From NCBI GenBank assembly GCA_048621055.1, contig JBMCXO010000002.1, positions 1 through 39,384 of the forward strand: a stretch of DNA of 39,384 nucleotides, read 5' to 3'. Below are positions 32,401 to 38,871 of the stretch, piece after piece. The translations under genes were made by a program, and so were the position numbers. Positions within the stretch are counted from its first letter, which is position 1. Every line of letters starts with the position of its first letter. The notes under the pieces were generated by a model, which saw nothing but the letters and a program-made list of their open reading frames with translations, had not been told where the DNA came from and did not search any database. The stretch is from Candidatus Natronoplasma sp. (GTDB lineage: Archaea; Thermoplasmatota; Thermoplasmata; Halarchaeoplasmatales; Halarchaeoplasmataceae).

Positions 32401-32524
32401 GAGCTTTTTTAGCCGATTCTACGGTAAATACTTTCAACTCTTCCTTTTCCTCTTCTAAAAATTCTTTAGCCTGATCCAAAAGACTAGTATCATCATCAAC
32501 GAGCAATACCCTCATATTTCCCAA
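29462..32524 (-). CDS. Hybrid sensor histidine kinase: N-terminal receiver, GAF, four PAS domains, HisKA-like + HATPase_c
   Basis: 1020 aa. REC (MRVLLVDDD...DYMMPEMDG...K), a Cys-containing GAF-like block, four PAS repeats each closing with D/R-ITE/D-RK, H-box HDVGNK, and G-boxes DDGVGIP and GSGLGLY. The start could be ATG 32524 or ATG 32515. Confidence 0.9.
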   Translation of the reverse strand: MGNMRVLLVDDDTSLLDQAKEFLEEEKEELKVFTVESAKKALELLEADHYDAIVSDYMMPEMDGIEFLRELREERENSIPFLIFTGRGREDVAMDALNLGADRYVMKEGNLESRYGILADAIAQEVRHKETAEELVEINSLLMSIRNIGRLIFEEDKFSTLIEKSCDVLLETGGYLNVEIALFDDDSGKIKPFASSGEHEHWAWELTKEGEGDAPECVKEAMRTRSSVMIEGMKDYCSLCDYPEEDIDHHTVLVPMTSDEELFGFLIVCHRPDRFLSRKEIELLEEVVDDLSLARRRMIAEKTLEEERDLFVEGSTTLFKWRAKENYPIVYVTPNVEYLLGYTQEEMISGDISYADILPKNDFVQLKREVERHLNIGADRIDHRPYRLIKKNGETIWVKDYTKIIREDGEVKYYLGYLVDITAQKQTEEALQMSEERYRRLFESAKDGILILNSETGEIKDANPYIRDILSYSLDELQEGKLWEIGSFEQICENKERFDELREEGYVRYEDLPLESRNGEKVPVEFVSNVYRAGGEEVIQCNIREISERKKAEEELEEQYRLLQNLLGNAPGVAFRCLNDEYYTMKFMSEGCKEVTGYYPEDLIDNKETTYIDLILPEDRKKVRSTIDEAVEKKERYKIIYRIKTAEGEIRWVWERGKGAKNDEDEVYLEGIIMDITEMKEMERQLLKSEERYRTIFQSANDAIIIMDREQFIDCNEKAEEMFGCDRGEIIGKKPWHFSPEEQPDGRRSKEKALEKIKQVFEGEDPFFEWVHKKNNGDEFYAEVSLNRYDIGDEPRIIAVIRDITDRKEVEERKEFLHSMICHDVGNKTQIAKAYLKLLKETYEDEELVDKTVKVINQTQEIIEKVDKLRRVEEQENIREVPIEPLREEVLSKYETHLEDMDIDLEVEREEIQVKAGPLLETLFFNLIENSIRHSGCEKIRIRVLSEDDKGLIIFEDDGVGIPDEKKEKILEKGFKQGKSGGSGLGLYLVKKVIDSYDGRLEVKDSELGGVRFDIYLERA

Positions 32525-32733
32525 ATATAACTACCTTCCATACACGATATATATTTTATGTTCAAATCTAAAGATTTGTGACATATCGAAGGAAGTACTA
32601 GGTCAAAATTTAGTTTGAGAACATAAAATTTTCAATATTTTCAATGATTTCATTATTTGTCAAAAAGCTGTTAAACAAATAAGCCCTAAGGTCTGTAGTA
32701 TTTCGCAATAGTAAAACTGGTTTTTATCAAAAG

Positions 32734-32741
32734 ATTTATAT
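32734..32741 (+). promoter_or_regulatory. Candidate TATA box (ATTTATAT) for the surface-protein gene
   Basis: 33-40 nt upstream of ATG 32774. GGGG at 32764-32767 could act as an SD. Confidence 0.35.
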
Positions 32742-32773
32742 CTACTAAAAATTAATGTGAGTTGGGGAAACAG

Positions 32774-35700
32774 ATGCGAGTGAAGGTGAAGTTCTTCTCC
32801 GTGGCTGTAATACTCCTTTTGGCATCTTTAAATTTGTCTTTTGGACTCGGAACAGGAGCACCAGAAAGTGAGAGTTTAATAGATGTAGATGAAAATGAGC
32901 TAGCGAGACCTGTAGATGAAAATTCTACCCTTACATCGGAGGAATATCCTTTCAAAGAGGAGTATCCTTCTGTGAATCAACTCTATGAATGGTATGAGAA
33001 TTTAGAGGAGGAATTTCCTGAGCTGGTCGATAAGCATCATTATGGGGAATCATACGAAGGGAGAGATCTCTGGGTATTGGAGATCACCTCGGATAATGAT
33101 ACTGTTGTAGATGAAAAACCGGCAGTGCTTATCGACGCGACTATCCACGCTAGAGAATGGTCAACCACTCAGGTAGCGGCTTACTTCACTTGGAGACTCC
33201 TAGATGAATACAACACAAATGAGACCATCAATTGGGTCGTGAACAATAGAAAGATCTTTGTAGTTCCGATGGTGAATCCTGATGGGTATATTCACGACGG
33301 AAATGGAACATTAGGGCAAAGAGAATATTGGCGTAAGAACAGGAACGATTCGATCCCTAAAGGTAAAGTCGGTGTGGATCTAAACAGGAACTGGGATTAC
33401 CTTTGGGAGAATGGTGAGGATGATCCTTCTATGGAAACGTACAGGGGGGAGGCTCCATTCTCTGAAGCCGAGACCAAACATCTTAAAGAATTCATACTTG
33501 AAAACGATATAGATTCCTACCAAAACTTGCATTCTCACTGGGGGGCATTATTGATCCCCTCTACCAATATGACCAACCCTACACCACATGATGATTGGTA
33601 CAGAGGTACAGCAGAGCACATGACTTCAATGACTACGATGTTGGGAGAAGACGAACAGTACTCATATGGTCAGCCTCATGAAGAGATAGGTTATGGTGCT
33701 CCAGGGGCAGCTGATAATTGGGTCTATGACGAGATTGGTGCCCAAGCATATACATACGAAATCTATACAGGAGAGTGGGAAGACTCCAAGCATGGATTTT
33801 ATCCTGAAGAAGATAAGATAATGGAGATAAATCAGGATGTTGATGATTCGCTCATCTATCAAGCTAGAGTGGCCGATACGGACCTAGGTGATGGTGAAGA
33901 GATAAAGCAGCCTCCAGTGCCTTATCTAGTTTACGGCACATTGGAGGATGAAGAGGGAAAAGCTCATTCTGACGTTGAAATAGAGGTGAAAAATCGAGAG
34001 ACCGAGGAAACGATTTACACGCACACAGACAGAAATGGTCATTATGAAATCAACCTCGCCGATCTCGAAGAAGGTTATCAGGAAAGAGATCTCTTCACAA
34101 TCGAGATCGAGCCAGGAACCACTAGATTGAATTTTGAAGTGGATGATAGTTGGGGTCAAAGGCTGGACCTTGAGTATTCTGAGAGTGCTCAAGTAACCAC
34201 CGAAGGCTTTTCAAATTTGACGTTGGATTCTGTCAATTTATTGGGTGATGTCACGCTGGCGGATGAGGGTTCTGTTGACGCCTATTTTGAGTACGGGATA
34301 ACAGGAGAAAAAGAATGGGAAGAGAGTAAAGTAGAAGAGATAAATGAAAATCGCACCTATAATATAGAGCTAGATGAAGACGACCTTCAAGTAGGTGAGG
34401 AGTATGAATTCAGAGCGGTGATCGAGTGGAATAATGAAATCAATAGAGGAAGGTCTATCACTTTCGTAGTGGATGAATATGAACTAGACATCGACTCCTT
34501 TGAAGGAGGCGAGGTAAAACTACCCGGAGAGGAGGGGTTTGACTATATTTATGGTAGAGAAGTAGAGATCGAAGCTTCAGCTGAGGAGGGCTTCGAATTC
34601 ATCAGGTGGATCGGAGATGTCGAGATGGTGGGAGATACAGAATCCAAAAGCACATCCGTGAAGATGATGAAGGATCTTAAGATAACCGCCCTATTCTGGG
34701 CAGGAGAAGGTACCGAAAATAATCCATATATCATTCAAAATGTCTATCATCTACCGGAGATACATGAAAATCTAGATGCACATTTCGAGCTTGCGGATGA
34801 TATAGATGCTAGTGAAACCAAAGATTGGAACGATAGAGATGGCTTTGAACCTATAGGGTATATGGAGGAAGGATTTACCGGCACTTTAGAAGGCAAAGGT
34901 CATGAAATCCAAGGCCTCCACATCAATCGAAGTGATGAGATGGGAGTTGGAATATTCGACGCGATAGGTGAAGACGGCGAAATAAATGATCTAAGACTAG
35001 TTGATCTGGAAGTGACAGGTCAAATGCAAGTCGGAGGTTTTGCCTCGATCAATGAGGGTAAAATAAAAAATTCCTCTGCAACAGGTGTAGTGATCGGAAA
35101 AGGAATGTATGGAGCTGGTGGACTTGTATCAGATTGTTATGGAGATATAGAAGACTCGTACTTTGAAGGCAGAGTCAAAGGGAATGAGATGGTAGGAGGC
35201 CTTGTAGCGTATATGGGAGGCTGGAGGGAGGAGGCTATACCTTCAAATGTGAAAAGATCTTACGCTCATGGGAATGTGAGTGGAGATGAAATCGTTGGAG
35301 GATTGGTGGGATGGAACGGCGACGGAGGAAGTATCTCCCAATCTTATGCAGCAGACAACATCAGCGCTAGACAAGGACATGCCGGAGGTCTAGTGGCGAT
35401 GAATTTCGCTAGTGTGACTAACACTTATTCTACCGGAACAGTGAAGGCGAGCACTCACTGTGGTGGGCTCATCGGAGAGAGTCAAGGAAACGTTTTTTAC
35501 TCCTACTCTACCGCTAAAGTGGCCAAAAACGGACGTAATGGAGGATTGATAGCTGCATCAAACGATGTTGTCATGAAGTCATATTGGCATATATTCTCTT
35601 CCGGTGTTGAGAGAAGTGCAGGTGGTAGAGGTATGACAACAGGAGAAATGATAGGAGAGAACACTGAATTCACTATGGAAGGTTTTGATTTTGACGAAAT

Positions 35701-36286
35701 TTGGGATGTGGAAGAAGAGCCATACTCTTATCCCTACCTTTCATGGCAAGATGAAGATAACATCCCTTACGTTCCCTATGAACTTGAGCATGAATTGACC
35801 ATCGAAGTGGATGGAAGAGGTTCAATAGAACCTGAATCCTCGACCTATCTTTACCCTGAAGGTGAAGAGGTTTCCATAGAAGCCATTTCTGATGAGCTTG
35901 TCGAATTTAGCCACTGGGAAGGAGATGTGCCTGAAGGGTATGAAAAAGATGAAGAAATTACCATCGTTATGGAAGATGACGTGGAAATAACCGCTAATTT
36001 TGAATATGAGCCTTGGTTCCAGGGATTGGTTTCCTTGATAGTATTGTCTGTCGTTATTGGTGGCGGAATTAAGATTTACAAAAGGTACAGAAAGGAAGAA
36101 GAGTCAGATGAAGAGATTTTGGTCCCTGAGGAATTAAAAGCTCGTGGAGACACGAAGATCGAAACGTGTCCTGAGTGTGATGAAGCAGCCCTGGTGATCT
36201 ACGAAGACGGATCGGCCTTATGTGAAAACTGTAGTCACGCAGAGAGGGGTAGAGAGCTGGGAGAAGAAGAGGAAGAGATGGTTTAA
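32774..36286 (+). CDS. Large mosaic surface protein: signal peptide, M14 zinc carboxypeptidase, beta-rich spacers, two B-repeat-like domains, GLUG-motif repeat array, C-terminal TM, cytoplasmic zinc ribbon
   Basis: The track start is TTG 32762; ATG 32774 gives MRVKVKFFSVAVILLLASLNLSFG. M14 motifs are TIHAREWST, NPDGY, NRNW and LHSHWG. Seven or so GGL(V/I)(A/G) GLUG repeats lie at about 35030-35570. F-x-x-W-x-GDV B-repeat motifs occur twice. TM LVSLIVLSVVIGGGIKIY, then CPECDE...CENC. Confidence 0.8.
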   Translation: MRVKVKFFSVAVILLLASLNLSFGLGTGAPESESLIDVDENELARPVDENSTLTSEEYPFKEEYPSVNQLYEWYENLEEEFPELVDKHHYGESYEGRDLWVLEITSDNDTVVDEKPAVLIDATIHAREWSTTQVAAYFTWRLLDEYNTNETINWVVNNRKIFVVPMVNPDGYIHDGNGTLGQREYWRKNRNDSIPKGKVGVDLNRNWDYLWENGEDDPSMETYRGEAPFSEAETKHLKEFILENDIDSYQNLHSHWGALLIPSTNMTNPTPHDDWYRGTAEHMTSMTTMLGEDEQYSYGQPHEEIGYGAPGAADNWVYDEIGAQAYTYEIYTGEWEDSKHGFYPEEDKIMEINQDVDDSLIYQARVADTDLGDGEEIKQPPVPYLVYGTLEDEEGKAHSDVEIEVKNRETEETIYTHTDRNGHYEINLADLEEGYQERDLFTIEIEPGTTRLNFEVDDSWGQRLDLEYSESAQVTTEGFSNLTLDSVNLLGDVTLADEGSVDAYFEYGITGEKEWEESKVEEINENRTYNIELDEDDLQVGEEYEFRAVIEWNNEINRGRSITFVVDEYELDIDSFEGGEVKLPGEEGFDYIYGREVEIEASAEEGFEFIRWIGDVEMVGDTESKSTSVKMMKDLKITALFWAGEGTENNPYIIQNVYHLPEIHENLDAHFELADDIDASETKDWNDRDGFEPIGYMEEGFTGTLEGKGHEIQGLHINRSDEMGVGIFDAIGEDGEINDLRLVDLEVTGQMQVGGFASINEGKIKNSSATGVVIGKGMYGAGGLVSDCYGDIEDSYFEGRVKGNEMVGGLVAYMGGWREEAIPSNVKRSYAHGNVSGDEIVGGLVGWNGDGGSISQSYAADNISARQGHAGGLVAMNFASVTNTYSTGTVKASTHCGGLIGESQGNVFYSYSTAKVAKNGRNGGLIAASNDVVMKSYWHIFSSGVERSAGGRGMTTGEMIGENTEFTMEGFDFDEIWDVEEEPYSYPYLSWQDEDNIPYVPYELEHELTIEVDGRGSIEPESSTYLYPEGEEVSIEAISDELVEFSHWEGDVPEGYEKDEEITIVMEDDVEITANFEYEPWFQGLVSLIVLSVVIGGGIKIYKRYRKEEESDEEILVPEELKARGDTKIETCPECDEAALVIYEDGSALCENCSHAERGRELGEEEEEMV

Positions 36287-36302
36287 TAGAGAGCTCGAGA
36301 TC

Positions 36303-36318
36303 AAAATCGATTTTTTTT
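36303..36318 (+). terminator. Palindrome AAAATCGATTTT running into a T8 tract; a further T-rich run (TGTTTTTGTT) follows at about 36328-36337
   Basis: 17 nt after the surface-protein stop. Oligo-T tracts are the usual archaeal termination signal. Confidence 0.45.
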
Positions 36319-36415
36319 AAAATCTCTGTTTTTGTTAACCCCTCAAATTAGAAGTTTCCGAGCGGTCTAGTGGAATCCACGAATTCACAGAGTGCACACA
36401 TTTTTCGTAGGAAAA

Positions 36416-36436
36416 TGGGGGCACGGGGATTTCGAC
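36416..36436 (-). other. tRNA 3'-end-like fragment (T-loop/T-stem/acceptor-like GTCGAAATCCCCGTGCCCCCA)
   Basis: This is a GC-rich island in an AT-rich spacer. On the minus strand it reads TCGAAA-TCCCC-GTGCCCC(C)A, like positions 55-73 of a tRNA. There is no matching 5' half, so it is not a functional tRNA. Confidence 0.3.
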
Positions 36437-36619
36437 TCTTATTTAATGGTAAATTTGTTTTATTATTGCGTAAATATATAAACTACACTTTTTTATTGAT
36501 TATATTTTTACTGTATAATATTGTAAAACCAAGGACTTTTATTTATATAGTCGCTAACAGACCGACTATATTTCCTTCTTTTCAATCAGTCTATTCCAAA
36601 ACAACTCTTACTCATTCTA

Positions 36620-38002
36620 TCAAAATACATCTGAAAAATCCTCGATAGAAAAATGAATAACATCCTTTTCACCCAACCACTTTTTGGCGTCAGGTGTGAA
36701 CTCTTTAGATACTATTAAAAATTTAGATACATTTTTCAATTTCGAATTCCTCATCTTTTCAAGTAGTTCTTTTACATCTCTCTTATCAGATAAGCTCCAT
36801 TTGACTTCACCTAAAAGGTTTTCATCTTTTGAAACTCCACAGATATCGATCTCATTGCCCTGTCTATCCCACCATGACCCTATTTTTTCATACTGGCCTA
36901 ATTCCGACTCAAGTAATTTCTTCCCATTTCTTTTTCTTATAATCTGTAGTACCACGTCTTCGAAAACTCTTCCCATATATCCACCGAATTCATCTTCAAT
37001 CTTGCCTTTTATACCCTCTTGATCACCCATCTCTAGTTGATCTTTATTGGGATAAACATAGTGAAACCAGAACCTGAAAAAGTTATCTTTAATCCTATAT
37101 CTCTTTTTCTTGCTTTTGGTGACTTTTTCAGTTGCAGGTGCTAATCTTTTGAGCATATCGAGATCTTTCCTAAGTTTTCTCATATAATACCCTAACGAAG
37201 TCCTTTCAAGATCTAATTGATCAGATATCTCTTTAGGAGTCTCCTTTCCGAGAGATATGAGCTTTAAGATATCGAAATACTTATCAGGAGATTTTAGTTC
37301 AGTTGAAAGGAGTACCCAAGGCTCGTCATAGAGCAGAGAGTGGGGAGAAAGGATCTGTTCGCCTATATTATCCATAAGCGATCCCTCTGTTGCAAACTCT
37401 AGGTATTTGGGAGTTCCTCCAAAGACAGCATATCTCTTCAATATGGATTCTTCATCCAACCTATTAGAGCTAAACCATTTCCTAACTCCCTCGTAGTCGA
37501 AAGGGTTCAACCTGATGTTCCGAGTCCTTCGCCCATAAAGCGAGGCATCGGATTGAAACAGCTTTTCTATCATGCCGATAGAAGAACCTGCAACACAGAG
37601 CAGCATCTTAGATGAATTTTTTCTTTCGTCTATAGCCTCTTGTAGGAGTGAAGGCACAGCTTCATTGATTTTCAAAAGCCTCTGAAATTCATCGAAAACA
37701 ACAACTAGTTTTTCTTTCTCACTTTTATCAAAAAGAGCATTGATGATGTCTCTCCATGTAGGTTCACCGACGAGACTTGATCCAAGAACCTCATTCAACC
37801 TTTCCGCTATATGGAGTCTGAGCTGTTTATCATCACTCATAGATATATAAAGATAGATGCCATGCTTTCCCTCTAAGAATTTCTTGATCAATTCTGTTTT
37901 GCCTACTCTTCTCCTCCCGATGACAGATATAAATTCAAATCTGTCTGATCGGTATAGTTTCCTTAAGGCATCTAATTCTCCTTCCCGATCTACAAATCTC
38001 AT
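36620..38002 (-). CDS. Archaeal ATPase (Arch_ATPase/AAA-type) fused to a DUF234-type C-terminal domain
   Basis: 460 aa. N-terminal FVDREGELDALRKLY...VIGRRRVGKTELIKKF (Walker A), VVFDEFQ (Walker B), wHTH-like middle region, and C-terminal EIDICG...GEVKW resembling a PD-(D/E)xK motif. Confidence 0.85.
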   Translation of the reverse strand: MRFVDREGELDALRKLYRSDRFEFISVIGRRRVGKTELIKKFLEGKHGIYLYISMSDDKQLRLHIAERLNEVLGSSLVGEPTWRDIINALFDKSEKEKLVVVFDEFQRLLKINEAVPSLLQEAIDERKNSSKMLLCVAGSSIGMIEKLFQSDASLYGRRTRNIRLNPFDYEGVRKWFSSNRLDEESILKRYAVFGGTPKYLEFATEGSLMDNIGEQILSPHSLLYDEPWVLLSTELKSPDKYFDILKLISLGKETPKEISDQLDLERTSLGYYMRKLRKDLDMLKRLAPATEKVTKSKKKRYRIKDNFFRFWFHYVYPNKDQLEMGDQEGIKGKIEDEFGGYMGRVFEDVVLQIIRKRNGKKLLESELGQYEKIGSWWDRQGNEIDICGVSKDENLLGEVKWSLSDKRDVKELLEKMRNSKLKNVSKFLIVSKEFTPDAKKWLGEKDVIHFSIEDFSDVF

Positions 38003-38024
38003 CGATATCTTCCTCTTAATTGTC

Positions 38025-38041
38025 TACACAATAATTGTGTA
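38025..38041. promoter_or_regulatory. Perfect 8-bp inverted repeat TACACAAT-A-ATTGTGTA in the ATPase 5' region
   Basis: Read directly. It lies 23-39 nt upstream of ATG 38002 (minus strand), between a TATA-like ATTTATGTAT and the SD AAGAGGAAG. Confidence 0.4.
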
Positions 38042-38247
38042 CTCAATACATAAATCTTTCCTTTTTAGCTCGGTCAAGTGAAGTAAAAAAAGATATGTTA
38101 GACAGGCTTTCGACGCATATATGAGGGTGATTTGTTGAAATATAGTTCTACTCCTCACTGTTGTAGTAGGAAAATATACTCGTCAAACACTATTTTCCCT
38201 GAAGATCTCTAATGATGATCAGGCATAAGTCTTACTCAATTCATAGA

Positions 38248-38406
38248 TTACCAGATTTCTTCCAAATTTTTGAGATCTTGGAGATAGTCTTCATAATCGA
38301 TATTGGCTGTAATACCGAATTCGTTCAATAGATCTATGAACCCAGTCAAAGGCATACCTAGAACTTGGACTGCTTTAACCAACGATATCTTCCCGCCCTT
38401 GTATAA
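38248..38406 (-). pseudogene. Truncated UPF0175-family (antitoxin-like) gene remnant
   Basis: Manual translation gives LYKGGKISLVKAVQVLGMPLTGFIDLLNEFGITANIDYEDYLQDLKNLEEIW*. This matches the C-terminal two-thirds of UPF0175 proteins (consensus-like LYeeGkiSlgkAAelaGms..eF.ellke.gi...yd.edleedl). An in-frame TAG at 38407-38409 removes the N-terminal part. No PIN/DUF3368 partner lies downstream. Confidence 0.5.
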
Positions 38407-38457
38407 CTAACAGATTGTAACCAATCGTTGAATCTAGTTTTCAATTTTTGTAAAGAG

Positions 38458-38721
38458 TCAGTTGTCCCTCTGTTGCACCCAAAGATAAGCTAGTAAAGAT
38501 ATCACTCCTATCATTAGTACGATCGCCATCGATAAAAGAAGGCGTTGATCCTCGAGTTCATCGATTCTATTTTCCAATGTAGTTTTATCTTCTTCTAAAT
38601 CCTTGTTATCTTCTCTAAGAGCAGATAAATTTTCCGATGAATCTGATAACTCTTCTGTTAAAATTACGATCTTTTGGTTTAAATTATCGATATCGGTTAG
38701 GTCTTGAGGCGCCAATATCAC
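38458..38721 (-). CDS. Small coiled-coil protein with a C-terminal TM anchor (GTG start)
   Basis: 87 aa. Heptad-like acidic segment (LSALREDNKDLEEDKTTLENRIDELEDQRL) followed by LLSMAIVLMIGVISLLAYLWV. GTG start preceded by AACAGGAGATAA. Confidence 0.45.
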   Translation of the reverse strand: MILAPQDLTDIDNLNQKIVILTEELSDSSENLSALREDNKDLEEDKTTLENRIDELEDQRLLLSMAIVLMIGVISLLAYLWVQQRDN

Positions 38722-38871
38722 TTATCTCCTGTTCCGAGTATAACCAGGATACAACACCTCGGCAGTTATGAATCCCATCAGCGCTATACCGCCGACCAGG
38801 AACAGAAAAATACCGACAACCGCCTTATCTTTGAATGGTAATATGTTCGATTTCTTATTCCTTTTTCTCAA
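38722..38871 (-). CDS. Possible 49-aa basic single-TM peptide (TTG start), tentative
   Basis: Manual translation gives LRKRNKKSNILPFKDKAVVGIFLFLVGGIALMGFITAEVLYPGYTRNRR*. Its TAA stop directly abuts the GTG start of the downstream 87-aa ORF. The frame is open for about 40 more codons upstream but has no ATG or GTG. Confidence 0.2.
   Translation of the reverse strand: MRKRNKKSNILPFKDKAVVGIFLFLVGGIALMGFITAEVLYPGYTRNRR

Noticed and set aside
36357-36374. TCCGAGCGGTCTAGTGGA resembling a class-II tRNA D-arm; a full or split/permuted tRNA was considered
   Set aside because: I could not find a matching acceptor stem, anticodon arm or T-arm on the same strand. The tRNA-like 3' fragment nearby is on the opposite strand. 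It is kept only as part of the spacer finding.
36370-36648. 92-aa + strand ORF (GTG start) in the long convergent spacer
   Set aside because: The translation is an AT-rich junk-like I/L/F/K/N/Y string. It overlaps the ATPase 3' end and has no SD. The spacer is more interesting as a possible RNA or att scar.
38213-38219. ATGATGA (C-box-like) in the non-coding stretch downstream of the antitoxin remnant
   Set aside because: No downstream CTGA or complementary terminal stem was found on either strand.
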